Assembly (NCBI GenBank): GCA_035285865.1
Contig: JAYKHS010000028.1
Span: 128,001-192,000, forward strand
Direction: 5' to 3'
From: Candidatus Sericytochromatia bacterium
Lineage (GTDB): Bacteria > Cyanobacteriota > Sericytochromatia > S15B-MN24 > VGJW01
DNA: 64,000 nucleotides
Part shown: in pieces, positions 50,548-63,232 of the stretch
Layout: each line of letters opens with the position of its first letter
Numbering within the stretch: position 1 is the stretch's first letter
The notes under the pieces: model-generated
What the model saw: only the letters and a program-made list of their open reading frames with translations
Database searches by the model: none
What the model was told of the DNA's origin: nothing
Made by a program: the position numbers and the translations under genes

Positions 50548-51585
50548 ATGACCACGGCCCTGCAACGTCGCGTGCCCGTACCCCCTGCAGCAGATGCCCC
50601 GGTACCCGTGCCCGTGCTGTTGTATGGTGTCGGCGCCATCGGTGCCGGCGTGGCCCGTGCCATCCGGAGCTCCCGTGGCCTCGAACTCGTGGCGGCCGTG
50701 GATGCGGACCCGGCCAAGGTCGGCAGGGATATCGGCACGTTGCTCGGCGAGGAGGCGTGGGGGGTCGTCGTTCGCGCCGACCTCGCGGATGTCGCCGGTG
50801 CCCGCGTGGCCGTCCACACAACCGGTTCGTTCCTGCCCGACGTCATGGCACAGGTCGAGGCCCTGGTGGGTGCAGGGCTGCACGTGGTGTCGAGCACGGA
50901 GGAGCTTGCCTGGCCGTGGCTGCGGCATCCCGGACTGTCGGCCGATCTCGATGGCGTGGCCCGCAAGGCCGGATGTACCGTCGTCGGGACGGGCGTGAAT
51001 CCGGGCTTCGTGATGGACGTGCTGCCCCTTGTGGCCACCCACGCCGTACGGGATGTCCGGCGCGTGGTCATCCGGCGCAGGGTCGACACGGCGCTCAGGC
51101 GTCGCAACCTGCAGGCCAAGACTGGGGCCGGGATGACCGTGGAGGGCTTCGGGAGCGAGATGGCAGCGGGGCGCATGGGCCACATCGGTCTTGCGGAGTC
51201 CCTTGCCATGGTGGCGGCGGGCCTTGGATGGCCGGTCGGTGATATCCATGAGGAGCTCGCGCCCATCGTCTCCGAATCCGGAACGCGGTCGCGTGAACTG
51301 GAAGTCCATCCGGGCCATGTCGCCGGCCTCAGACAGACGATGGAGGCACGGACGGAAGACGGTCGGACGGTGGCCTTGGAGCTGGTGATGGAATTGGCTG
51401 GCGGGCAGGATGCAGACGAGGTCGTGCTCGAGTCCGACCCGCCGATCCGTCTCAAGGTGGAGGGCGGCGTGTCGGGAGACAAGGCGACCGTGGCCACGCT
51501 CGTCAATACAGTTGGTCGCGTGCTGGATGCGCCGCGGGGCCTCCGCTCCGCGCTGGACCTGCCGTTGCCCCGCGTCACGGGTTGA
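50548..51585 (+). CDS. NAD(P)-dependent amine dehydrogenase (2,4-diaminopentanoate dehydrogenase / DapB-like)
   Basis: YGVGAIG, VVSSTEEL, GTGVNPGFVMD, HIGLAES, GDKATVA. Confidence 0.85.
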   Translation: MTTALQRRVPVPPAADAPVPVPVLLYGVGAIGAGVARAIRSSRGLELVAAVDADPAKVGRDIGTLLGEEAWGVVVRADLADVAGARVAVHTTGSFLPDVMAQVEALVGAGLHVVSSTEELAWPWLRHPGLSADLDGVARKAGCTVVGTGVNPGFVMDVLPLVATHAVRDVRRVVIRRRVDTALRRRNLQAKTGAGMTVEGFGSEMAAGRMGHIGLAESLAMVAAGLGWPVGDIHEELAPIVSESGTRSRELEVHPGHVAGLRQTMEARTEDGRTVALELVMELAGGQDADEVVLESDPPIRLKVEGGVSGDKATVATLVNTVGRVLDAPRGLRSALDLPLPRVTG

Positions 51586-51594
51586 GGATTCGGC

Positions 51595-52998
51595 GTGCGC
51601 GTCCGCAGCCCCAGCGTCTGGGCCTTGCCTGGCCTGTTGCTGCTTGCGGGTTGTGATGTCCTGCTGCTTTCGCCGACGATGCCGGGTCTGGTGCCGGGCA
51701 TCGGGCAACCCCTTCGTGGCCAGGTGCTTGATGCGCTGACAGGCTTGCCGTTGGGCGGTGCGTCGGTGGTCGGGGACGTGGGGTGGACCACCACGGGGTC
51801 GGACGGTCGCTTCGAGCTGTATGGGGCTGTCTCGCGCCAGGTCATCTCGCTGGCACGTGCCGGCTACACATCCGAGACCCTGGCGACGGGGCCGGTCGAG
51901 GACGGGCGGGCCTACTACCTGTCGCCGCTCTTTCCGGCGACGGGAAACCTCAAGGCCCGGTTCGCCACGGTCCTGGGATCAGCCGTCGTTTCGGGCAACG
52001 TTCCGGCTGCCTCGGGCGAAGTGGTCTTCGCCGGCCTGAAGTCCGGACGCATCAACCAGGGGCGTTATGCCATCGTCATGGATCCCGCCAGCGGCTTGCC
52101 GGGGTCCATCTTCTCGGGCGTGCTGGCCGGCGGTGAGGTGATCGACGGGCCCATCGACGCGCCTGACGCCCCTTTCCAGTTTCGCAGCTTCGGCATGCAG
52201 ACCATCGATGTCCCGTTCACGGCGGCGGCCAACCCCGCGACCACGTCGGTCTCGACACCGCTGGTGCTCGAACAGCAGCGGATGACCGGTCTCGAGATCA
52301 GCTATGCCAACACCACGTGGGCGCGCGAGGTTCGCAGTTCCGTGACCTTGGACTTCGGTTTGATGGGGTCCGTGCCGGTGGCTCGCGGGTCCGGAACCGC
52401 CCAGTCTCTGCGCGTGCCATCCATACAGGGAACGAAGACGGTGCTCGAGGGTCTGGCCGTCGATGCCCAGGGCGAGCGCGTCAGCAAGGTGACGATCACG
52501 ACCAACATGCTTGCCAAGGTTCCCTTCGACTTGCTGACCCCCCCGGACGGTGTCGAGCCGGCTTCGGGCTCCGAGGGCGTCGGGGGCTGGCCCGGCTTCG
52601 CGTGGCGGGCCGTGCCCGGGGCGGATGCATACCTGGTGCAGGTCTATGAGCCGGGCATTGCACAGCCCAAGTGGCGTGGACGCACCCGGGGCACCTCGAT
52701 CTCGTTTGGGCGTTTCGGGGATGGCGACGCGAACGGCGCCGCCCTGCTGCCCGGTACGGACTACACTTGGGAGGTGCATGCCCTGAGCTCCCAGGTCGAG
52801 GTTGCAGGAGCCGGCATGGGCGCGAGGTCACCTGACCCGCTTGATCCAGCGGTGGACCCGAGTCCGTGGTTGCTCACACCGGGTCAGGGCATGCCCGGCG
52901 TGTGGCCCCGTATGCTCGGTGAGGCTGCTCCCCCGATGCGCCCCTTCCGCAGCAAGAGCCGGGAGTCCGTACGGCGCGGCATGGGATTCCGCCGATGA
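51595..52998 (+). CDS. Lipoprotein with carboxypeptidase-regulatory-like and Fn3-like domains
   Basis: Lipobox LAGC; GQVLDALTGLPL..TGSDGRF; FAWRAVPGADAYLVQV; LLPGTDYTWEV. Confidence 0.7.
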   Translation: MRVRSPSVWALPGLLLLAGCDVLLLSPTMPGLVPGIGQPLRGQVLDALTGLPLGGASVVGDVGWTTTGSDGRFELYGAVSRQVISLARAGYTSETLATGPVEDGRAYYLSPLFPATGNLKARFATVLGSAVVSGNVPAASGEVVFAGLKSGRINQGRYAIVMDPASGLPGSIFSGVLAGGEVIDGPIDAPDAPFQFRSFGMQTIDVPFTAAANPATTSVSTPLVLEQQRMTGLEISYANTTWAREVRSSVTLDFGLMGSVPVARGSGTAQSLRVPSIQGTKTVLEGLAVDAQGERVSKVTITTNMLAKVPFDLLTPPDGVEPASGSEGVGGWPGFAWRAVPGADAYLVQVYEPGIAQPKWRGRTRGTSISFGRFGDGDANGAALLPGTDYTWEVHALSSQVEVAGAGMGARSPDPLDPAVDPSPWLLTPGQGMPGVWPRMLGEAAPPMRPFRSKSRESVRRGMGFRR

Positions 52999-54278
52999 GC
53001 AGATGCATCCTCGGTGGGTGGGCATTGCCCCTGCTCGTGGCCTGTCAGACCTTGCCGCCTTGGCCTGCGACCGTGTCGGCGGCGCGAGCCGACCGGTTCC
53101 TCGTCTCATTCGCGCAACCCGTGGCCGTGGAGCGTGCCTCGGGATGGGGAGACGGCTATCGTGCCCGGGCGCTGTCGGACCATGTGCTGCTGATCCGGTC
53201 GGATGCTCCGATGCCGCTGTCCGAGGCCGTGGCCCGTTGGCAGGGCTTGCCCGGGGTGCGCCACATCGAGGAGGATCGCCTCGTGCGACCGGCGTGGTGG
53301 GGAGCATGGCGCGGGCGACTCAAGCCGGTTCTTCCGGCTTTCGGCCTTGGCATCCAGGCGGTCGATCCCCTGACGCCGGAAGGCGCGGGCGGAGCGGGGT
53401 TGCCTGGTCAATGGGCGGTGGGTGCGCTGGGCTTGGAGGCGGTATGGGCTCGAAGTCAGGGCGAGGGCGTCACGGTTGCGGTCCTGGATACGGGTGTGGA
53501 TGCCACTCATCCTGATCTGGCCCCAAACCTCGAGGCCGGGCTTAATCTGGTCGAAGGTGGCAATCTGCCGCCCACCGATGATTTCGGCCACGGTACCCAC
53601 GTTGCGGGCATCGTCGGGGCAGCCCTGAACAACCGTGGTGTCGTGGGCACGGCGCCACGTTGCCGGATCCTGCCGGTGCGCGTGCTCGGGGTAGAGGGTG
53701 GCACCACCGCTGCCCTGATCGAAGGTCTCGATGCCGCGCGGAGGCGGGGGGCACAGGTCGCCAACCTCAGCCTTGGATCGGCCCAGGTCAGCCGGATCGA
53801 GGCAGACGAAATGGCCCGCGCCGTCGGTCAGGGGATGATCGTGGTTGCAGCGGCCGGTAATGAGGCTCTGTCAGGTAATCCGATCGAGTACCCGGCGGCT
53901 CTTACGGGCGTCATCTCGGTCGCGGCCCTGGGCCTCGCCGGAAAGGATGCTTCGGGTGCTCCGGTCATGGTGCGTGCCGCCTTCTCCAATCACAACCCCT
54001 TCAATGCGGTGGCAGCCCCCGGCGTCGACATCCTCTCGACCGTGCCGCTTTCGCTTTTCCCAGACGCGACTTCGGTCGGAGCAGGCTATGCTTACGCAAG
54101 TGGAACGTCCATGGCGAGTCCGCTGGTGGCCGGTGTCGCAGCCCTGATGCTTGCCCGCAAGGTTCCGGCGGCGCAGGTTCGTGCCCGGTTGCAGGAGACG
54201 GCGCGGGATCTGGGCGCCCCCGGATCGGACGACCTGCACGGCGCCGGCCTCGTTCAACCGGCAAGCGCCGTGCCTTGA
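52995..54278 (+). CDS. S8 subtilase lipoprotein
   Basis: LVAC; VLDTG, HGTHVAG, AAGN, SGTSMA. Confidence 0.93.
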   Translation: MSRCILGGWALPLLVACQTLPPWPATVSAARADRFLVSFAQPVAVERASGWGDGYRARALSDHVLLIRSDAPMPLSEAVARWQGLPGVRHIEEDRLVRPAWWGAWRGRLKPVLPAFGLGIQAVDPLTPEGAGGAGLPGQWAVGALGLEAVWARSQGEGVTVAVLDTGVDATHPDLAPNLEAGLNLVEGGNLPPTDDFGHGTHVAGIVGAALNNRGVVGTAPRCRILPVRVLGVEGGTTAALIEGLDAARRRGAQVANLSLGSAQVSRIEADEMARAVGQGMIVVAAAGNEALSGNPIEYPAALTGVISVAALGLAGKDASGAPVMVRAAFSNHNPFNAVAAPGVDILSTVPLSLFPDATSVGAGYAYASGTSMASPLVAGVAALMLARKVPAAQVRARLQETARDLGAPGSDDLHGAGLVQPASAVP

Positions 54279-54300
54279 TGACCCTGATCGGAGCGTAACC

Positions 54301-55290
54301 ATGTCCCCCGTGTTCGAAGAACGTCGACCCGAGTTGCTGGGCGTGGCTCCCGAGCCGCTGGTCGCTGTCTGGCGAGGCCCTCACGTGGAGAGCATGCACC
54401 TGGGCTGGTTCGTGCTGGTAGACGCTGGCGGCGCAGTCGAAGAGATGACGCCCGGCGCTCCCCGGGTCTTTGCACGCTCTACGGCCAAGCCCTTCCAGGC
54501 CTTGCCTCTTCTGAGAACCGGTGCGGCGGCAGCCTTCGGTTTCGAGGAGCGCCATCTTGCGCTGACATGCGCGTCACATGCCGGAGAGGCCATGCATCAG
54601 GAGGGTGTCAAGGCCATTCTGGAGTTGGCCGGGCTGCAGGAGACCATGCTGGGTTGCGGCATGCATGCCCCATTCTCGGCCCCTCGGTCGGCTCCGGGCC
54701 TGCTGGCCAACAATTGCTCTGGCAAGCACTCGGGCATGCTGGCCACGTGTCGCCATCAGGGCTGGACCACGGAAGATTATCTGGACCCGGGGCACCCCTT
54801 GCAGCAGGCCATCGCGGGCATCCTCGAGGAATTGGGGGGCGTCTGGCCCGAGAGCGAGCCCGATGGTTGCAGCGCGCCCTCATGGCACCTGCCGCTCGAG
54901 GCCCTTGCGCGTGCGTTCTCCGCCCTGCGTCGGGATGCCGACGGCGCGCGCCTGCTGGCGGCCATGGCCGTGCATCCGTTGTTGGTCGCCGGGACGGGGC
55001 GCCGGGATTCCGTGCTGATGGAGGCCACGGGTGGGCGTCTCGTCTCCAAGGGTGGCGCAGAGGGCGTGACGGTCGGGGTCTGTCGGGTTTCGGGCCGGGC
55101 GTGGGCCATCAAGATCGCGGACGGGACCTCGCGGGCGGTAGGACCTGCGCTATTGGCTTTCCTGCTCCGGTTCGGCCTGATTGAAGCGAGCGAGGCTCGT
55201 GGCTTGGCCTCGCTCGCTCAGCCCGAACTGCGCAATCATGCCGGCATCAAGGTCGGTCGCCTGTCCGGTGCGGGGCGCCTGATCGCCTGA
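54301..55290 (+). CDS. Rhizobium etli-type (class 3) L-asparaginase
   Basis: RSTAKPFQ, CASHAGE, NNCSGKH, DGCSAP, KGGAEG. Confidence 0.9.
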   Translation: MSPVFEERRPELLGVAPEPLVAVWRGPHVESMHLGWFVLVDAGGAVEEMTPGAPRVFARSTAKPFQALPLLRTGAAAAFGFEERHLALTCASHAGEAMHQEGVKAILELAGLQETMLGCGMHAPFSAPRSAPGLLANNCSGKHSGMLATCRHQGWTTEDYLDPGHPLQQAIAGILEELGGVWPESEPDGCSAPSWHLPLEALARAFSALRRDADGARLLAAMAVHPLLVAGTGRRDSVLMEATGGRLVSKGGAEGVTVGVCRVSGRAWAIKIADGTSRAVGPALLAFLLRFGLIEASEARGLASLAQPELRNHAGIKVGRLSGAGRLIA

Positions 55291-55291
55291 T

Positions 55292-55726
55292 TCAGGGACG
55301 CGGCAGGGTGGCGTCGCCCCCACGGGACGTGGCAAGTCCCACGCGCTGGACGCCGCTGGCCTTCAGGCGGTCGATGACCGAGACGACCTTGTCGAAGGCC
55401 AGCCGCTTGTCCGCGGCGACGACCACGGCAAGGTCATCCTTGTCCTGCCGCAGGCGGCGGATGCGTGCTTCGAAGGCCTCCGGGGCGATGGCGTTGCCCT
55501 CGAGTTGAAGGGTGCCATCTTCGAGAATCTGGACCACCGTCGCGGGTGGCGACTTCTCGGACGCGCGGCTGCTAGGCAGCTCGGCCTTGAGGGCTTCCGA
55601 GATCTGGGGCAGGAAAGCCATCACCATCAGGAACAGCGTCACGATCATGAAGACGTCGATCATCGGGACCACTTCGAACCGTGGTTCCCTGCGGCGACGC
55701 CGGGACGCGCCCCTCGGATCAGCCAC
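55292..55726 (-). CDS. exbD: ExbD/TolR family protein
   Basis: VVPMIDV (TM Asp), ELP, VVAADK, VVSVIDRLK. Confidence 0.88.
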   Translation of the reverse strand: MADPRGASRRRRREPRFEVVPMIDVFMIVTLFLMVMAFLPQISEALKAELPSSRASEKSPPATVVQILEDGTLQLEGNAIAPEAFEARIRRLRQDKDDLAVVVAADKRLAFDKVVSVIDRLKASGVQRVGLATSRGGDATLPRP

Positions 55727-56336
55727 GCTCCGCCACCTCCGCCGCTGTGACGGGGGCCGGGGGCTGCCGGGGCTGCCGGGAAGGCAAGGGACCTTCGAGC
55801 GTGCTGCCCAGCGTGTCGGCAAAGGCATCCAGACGGTTCTGCAGGGCGTGGTGGGCCAGTGCGGCGAGGATGGCCACGACGAGACCCCCCGCCGTTGCCA
55901 CCAGGGCTTCCGAGATGCCGCGCGACAGCTCGTTCAGGGGGTCGGTGGGTCGCACGGCGGCAACCTTGGCGAAGTTCTGAATCATGCCCGAGACCGTGCC
56001 GAGCAAGCCGAAAAGCGGCGAGATGGCCGCGATGACGTTGAGCCAGGCGACGCGTCGCTCGACGGCGGACAGTGCGCCGGCCGCGAAGCGTTGGCGGGCG
56101 TCGGGGGAAGCCTCGGGGTGGGCCAGGGCCCATGCCATGGTCCGGCTGAACAGGTCCGCAGGGGCTCCCTTGCGGGTGATCGCGCGGTCCCCTTCTTCCC
56201 ACGCGTCGCGCTGACGTTCGCTGCGGGCCAGCAGCCAACCCACCTCGAAGATGATGGCGAGGCTGACGATCGAGGCGAGGACGATGGGAAACATCATCCA
56301 GCCGCCAAGCCGCAGTGTGTCGAGAATCTCGAGCAT
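55719..56336 (-). CDS. exbB: MotA/TolQ/ExbB proton channel
   Basis: GGWMMFPI, SPLFGLLGTVSGMI, GISEALVATAGGL. Confidence 0.9.
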   Translation of the reverse strand: MLEILDTLRLGGWMMFPIVLASIVSLAIIFEVGWLLARSERQRDAWEEGDRAITRKGAPADLFSRTMAWALAHPEASPDARQRFAAGALSAVERRVAWLNVIAAISPLFGLLGTVSGMIQNFAKVAAVRPTDPLNELSRGISEALVATAGGLVVAILAALAHHALQNRLDAFADTLGSTLEGPLPSRQPRQPPAPVTAAEVAERG

Positions 56337-56486
56337 CGGTCACTCCCGGGACGCGACGGACCCTGTCGGTCCACGTCACGAAGACGATGGCGGACGGGAC
56401 CGGGTTCCATCACGCCGGAAGGCCCCCCGTGTCGTCAAGGGCGCGCGTCACGTGCGAGGCGGGGCGCGTCCGGGCATAGGGGACGC

Positions 56487-56789
56487 ATGAGCGCGCCCCG
56501 GACCCGTTTCGATCTCGTTTCCCGTGGCATGGGCCGCGTGGCCGGTGGCGTGGTCCTCTGGCTCATCGGGGGTGTCCTGTACCTCGCCCAACCCTCCGCT
56601 GCGGCGGGCATGTTGGTGTTCGGGACCTGCCTGCTTGCCCTCGGAGCGTGGGAGATCATGAAGGGTCGCCAAGCCGCGCAGCGCAGTGTGGGGTGTCCGG
56701 GATGCGGCACGCGGAACGACGTGCTCTCCGAGGTCGAGACCTTTGCCTGCTACCAGTGCGGCAAAGTCCTGCGGTTGCCACCCGCCTGA
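56487..56789 (+). CDS. Small 2-TM protein with C-terminal Zn ribbon
   Basis: Two hydrophobic helices; CPGCG..CYQCG. Confidence 0.7.
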   Translation: MSAPRTRFDLVSRGMGRVAGGVVLWLIGGVLYLAQPSAAAGMLVFGTCLLALGAWEIMKGRQAAQRSVGCPGCGTRNDVLSEVETFACYQCGKVLRLPPA

Positions 56790-56835
56790 AGTGGCGTCGG
56801 CGCGTGATCTGCGCCACCGTTACCGGGTTTTCAGG

Positions 56836-56908
56836 TTAAGAGTTTATTAAAAATGGGGCTCACCCCTTGAGCATAAGTAAAGGGCCTGTTAAGTTAGGTG
56901 CAGGTTAA
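56836..56908. promoter_or_regulatory. Cluster of phased TTAA boxes
   Basis: TTAAgagtttaTTAA (56836-50); TTGA-N7-TAAA-N7-TTAA (56867-92); TTAG-N7-TTAA (56894-908); minus strand has CTTAACCT twice. Confidence 0.65.
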
Positions 56909-57058
56909 GTCGCGGTTGCGTTTGGCTGAAGCGACGGCCTTCTTCATATAGTTCCCGGTTTCCAGGCAACGTCATTTCTCAGGCCTCAGGCCTTCGCAAT
57001 AGCTCGTTCCTCCCTTCCCAACTTGCTCGGGCCCAGTGCCCATTCAGGAGTCTACCGG

Positions 57059-58345
57059 ATGAAGAAGTTCGCTCTGCTCGCCTCGCTCGCGGTCGCCGCC
57101 GGCACCGTCGGTTGCGGTACGTCCCCCGTTGCGCAGTCCCAGGCCCTTGGTGGTCAGGTCAACCTGTCGGCCGCTGCCGTACCCGGTCAGGTGCTCGTCA
57201 AGCTCAAGCCCGGCGCCAACGCGATGGGTGTGATGGCTGCCCGCTCCGCGATGGGTCTCCGCAGCGTCGCCGCCCAGAGCGCCACCCTCAACCGCATGGG
57301 CTGGACGATGATGTCGTTCGATGCCAGCCGGACTAACCTCGCCAGCGTCATCGGTGCCCTCTCGACGGATGCTTCCGTGGCCTATGCCGAGCCCAACTAT
57401 GTGGCCACCGTGTCCGATTTCCGGCCGATCCGCCCGGGTGTCGGCGCCACCGGCAAGGCTGGTTACAACGATCCGATGGCCGGCGACCAGTACACCCTGG
57501 ACAAGGTCGAGACCGCAGCCGCGCACGCCGTGACCGAGGGTTCCGAGAAGACCCTTCTCGCCATCGTGGACACCGGCGTCGACTACAACCACCCGGATTT
57601 CGCCACTCGTGACGGTCGCGGCAGCCGCGTCGTCAAGGGCAAGGACTTCGCCAACATGGACAATGATCCGATGGACATGCACGGCCACGGCACCCACTGT
57701 GCGGGTATTGCTGCCGCCACCTCGAACAACGGCGAGGGCATCGTCGGCCAGGCTCCTGGCGTCCGCATCCTGGCGGTCAAGGTTCTCGGCGACAACGGTT
57801 CGGGCAGCTACGGTGGTGTCGCCAACGGCATCATCTATGCCGCCGACCAGGGTTCCTCGGTCATCAGCATGAGCCTCGGTGGCCCGAGCAGCTCGAAGGT
57901 TGTCGAGGACGCCTGCAAATACGCCATCTCGAAGGGCTCGCTCGTGATTGCCGCGATGGGCAATGATGGCCGCAAGGTCAAGAGCTTCCCGGCCGCCATT
58001 CCCGGCGTGATGGCCGTCGGTTCCACCAACGTGTCCGAGAAGCGCAGCAGCTACTCGAACTTCGGCGAGTGGATCTCGCTCGGCGCTCCTGGTGAGGCCA
58101 TCCTGTCGACGCTGCCGACCAAGGGCAGCCAGATGGGCAAGGTCTACGGCAAGGCCAGCGGCACCTCGATGGCGACCCCTTGCGCAGCCGGCGTGGCAGC
58201 CCTGGTTCGTGACCTGCACCCCGAGTGGGATGCCGCGATGGTTCGGGCTCACCTCGAGCGGACCAGCGACGACCTCGGCGACAAGGGCTTCGACATCCAG
58301 TTCGGCCACGGTCGCATCAACGCTCGTCGCGCCGTCACCGAGTAG
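57059..58345 (+). CDS. S8 subtilase lipoprotein (thermitase-like)
   Basis: AGGAG RBS; TVGC; YAEPNY propeptide; IVDTG, HGTHCAG, AMGN, SGTSMA. Confidence 0.95.
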   Translation: MKKFALLASLAVAAGTVGCGTSPVAQSQALGGQVNLSAAAVPGQVLVKLKPGANAMGVMAARSAMGLRSVAAQSATLNRMGWTMMSFDASRTNLASVIGALSTDASVAYAEPNYVATVSDFRPIRPGVGATGKAGYNDPMAGDQYTLDKVETAAAHAVTEGSEKTLLAIVDTGVDYNHPDFATRDGRGSRVVKGKDFANMDNDPMDMHGHGTHCAGIAAATSNNGEGIVGQAPGVRILAVKVLGDNGSGSYGGVANGIIYAADQGSSVISMSLGGPSSSKVVEDACKYAISKGSLVIAAMGNDGRKVKSFPAAIPGVMAVGSTNVSEKRSSYSNFGEWISLGAPGEAILSTLPTKGSQMGKVYGKASGTSMATPCAAGVAALVRDLHPEWDAAMVRAHLERTSDDLGDKGFDIQFGHGRINARRAVTE

Positions 58346-58363
58346 TTCGGTCCCGATGCCCGG

Positions 58364-58396
58364 ACGGGGCAGTCATCCACAGGATGACTGCCCCGT
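58364..58396 (+). terminator. Intrinsic terminator
   Basis: Perfect 15-bp stem ACGGGGCAGTCATCC/GGATGACTGCCCCGT followed by TTCTGTT. Confidence 0.85.
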
Positions 58397-58435
58397 TTCT
58401 GTTCGGGTCTCCTGTCCGGGGGTGGCCGACAAGCA

Positions 58436-58467
58436 GAACACCCCTACCCAATCGGGCAGGGGTGTTC
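58436..58467. terminator. Second hairpin, probably the terminator of the convergent gene
   Basis: GAACACCCCTACCC/GGGCAGGGGTGTTC. Confidence 0.6.
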
Positions 58468-58503
58468 GTGTCGACCGTAGGCCGGACTCTCGATCGTCCG
58501 GAT

Positions 58504-58761
58504 TCAGGTCGGCAGGGGCTCGCGCCCCGACCGCGTCAGGACCGTGTCCAGAAGCGTGTCGATCAAGGGGCCCCGATGCCCCAGCAGGGTTTCCGAAAGC
58601 CCTGGAGCCGATTCAGGATAAAGCTCCACTTCGACCTCGGCATCCGGCAGCCACGTGACGGTCCAGAGGGTCTGATACCGTCTGGCGCCGACGGACAGTT
58701 CCATCACGCCACAGCACGTATCACCATCATGTCGTTCGATGTCGATGGCCTGAATGCGCAT
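58504..58761 (-). CDS. Hypothetical protein (85 aa)
   Basis: Protein-like composition MRIQAIDIERHDG...; hairpin downstream. Confidence 0.55.
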   Translation of the reverse strand: MRIQAIDIERHDGDTCCGVMELSVGARRYQTLWTVTWLPDAEVEVELYPESAPGLSETLLGHRGPLIDTLLDTVLTRSGREPLPT

Positions 58762-58870
58762 GGTCGGGGCTCCGTCGTCCCCCCGGCTACTTGCCGGGAC
58801 CAGCTTCAGGCTAGCAGCGGCCGTCGGTTGCAGGCTGGCATGTCTGTCACCAAATTGTTGGTGCAGAACG

Positions 58871-59587
58871 CTACATGTAGCTGCCGTCAGGACCGCGGAC
58901 CTGGCCGCTGCGCACGGCATGCGTGAGGCCGTCCACGGATCGCAGCAGAAGACCCCCGTCCTCGGTGAGCCCTTCGATGGTTCCCGACAAGCTGCTGCCG
59001 TCCGGGCGCAACCATGTGCCCGGACGGCCGATGCTCAGGCAGGTCGACGCATAGCGTTGCCGGATGGTTGCGGCATCCAGGGGGGTCCCGAGTGCCTCAT
59101 CCAGGGCATCCACCCAGGCGTCCGCGGGTGGCACGGGGACAGAGAAGGCGCCAATCCACGTGGCCTCGGGCAGGGTACTGGGGACCAGGTTCAGGCCGAT
59201 TCCCAGGATGATGCCGCCATGGCCCGGAGACTCCGCGAGCACGCCGCCCCACTTCCGTGCCGGTCCGGTTTGCGGGACGTGCACCAGATCGTTGACCCAC
59301 TTCAGGCCACAGGCTGCGAGGTCGATCCCCAGGCTGCCCGCGGCATCGAGAACACAGAGGCCTGCCCGATGGGTCGTCCAGGGATCCTTGGCACGATCGG
59401 GAAGCCACCAGGAGGCCGAAAGGTTGCCCGGCGGTGCCACCCACGTCCGCCCCCGCTGGCCGTGGCCGCTCGTTTGTCGGGTGGTCCACACGACGAAGGG
59501 GATGGCAGGGTCGTGGCCCGCGGCCAGTCTGCGACGCGCTTCGCGCGAGGTGGAGTCGACCTCGGGCAGGAATGTCCTCAGGCCCAC
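58871..59587 (-). CDS. birA: Biotin--protein ligase (no HTH)
   Basis: QTSGHGQRGRTW, KWVNDL, KWGGVL, GIGLNL. Confidence 0.88.
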   Translation of the reverse strand: MGLRTFLPEVDSTSREARRRLAAGHDPAIPFVVWTTRQTSGHGQRGRTWVAPPGNLSASWWLPDRAKDPWTTHRAGLCVLDAAGSLGIDLAACGLKWVNDLVHVPQTGPARKWGGVLAESPGHGGIILGIGLNLVPSTLPEATWIGAFSVPVPPADAWVDALDEALGTPLDAATIRQRYASTCLSIGRPGTWLRPDGSSLSGTIEGLTEDGGLLLRSVDGLTHAVRSGQVRGPDGSYM

Positions 59588-59618
59588 TGCGAGGCTTCCG
59601 TGGCCCGGAGTGCACGCA

Positions 59619-59648
59619 TTGACGCGATCTCGGCGAGCCTGCTAGACT
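59619..59648 (+). promoter_or_regulatory. sigma70-type promoter of rpoB
   Basis: TTGACG-N18-TAGACT with extended -10 TGn. Confidence 0.6.
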
Positions 59649-59768
59649 GTGTATTCCGCATATTGTGGGATAACGCGTTTCCTGCTGCCCGTGCGTCCTT
59701 GCTCTTTCGTGTGTTTCGGGAAGAGTCGCGGCGTGTCGAGGGGCAAGTGATAGACGAAGGGTGGAAGC

Positions 59769-63110
<3,342 letters not shown>

Positions 63111-63126
63111 CCCACATGCCGAGCTT

Positions 63127-63159
63127 GGCGCCCCTTCCCGAATCCCGGGAGGGGGCGTC
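63127..63159 (+). terminator. Intrinsic terminator after rpoB
   Basis: GGCGCCCCTTCCCG/CGGGAGGGGGCGTC stem followed by GTTGCTTGTT. Confidence 0.75.
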
Positions 63160-63232
63160 GTTGCTTGTTGGGTGGTTAAGCCGTCTGCTGGCGAGGGTAC
63201 GCATGCAGTATCCGGACCGTCAGGGAGGTCCC

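Noticed and set aside
59663..59672. DnaA-box-like TGTGGGATAA in the rpoB leader
   Set aside because: Has an extra G relative to TGTGGATAA and is a single copy
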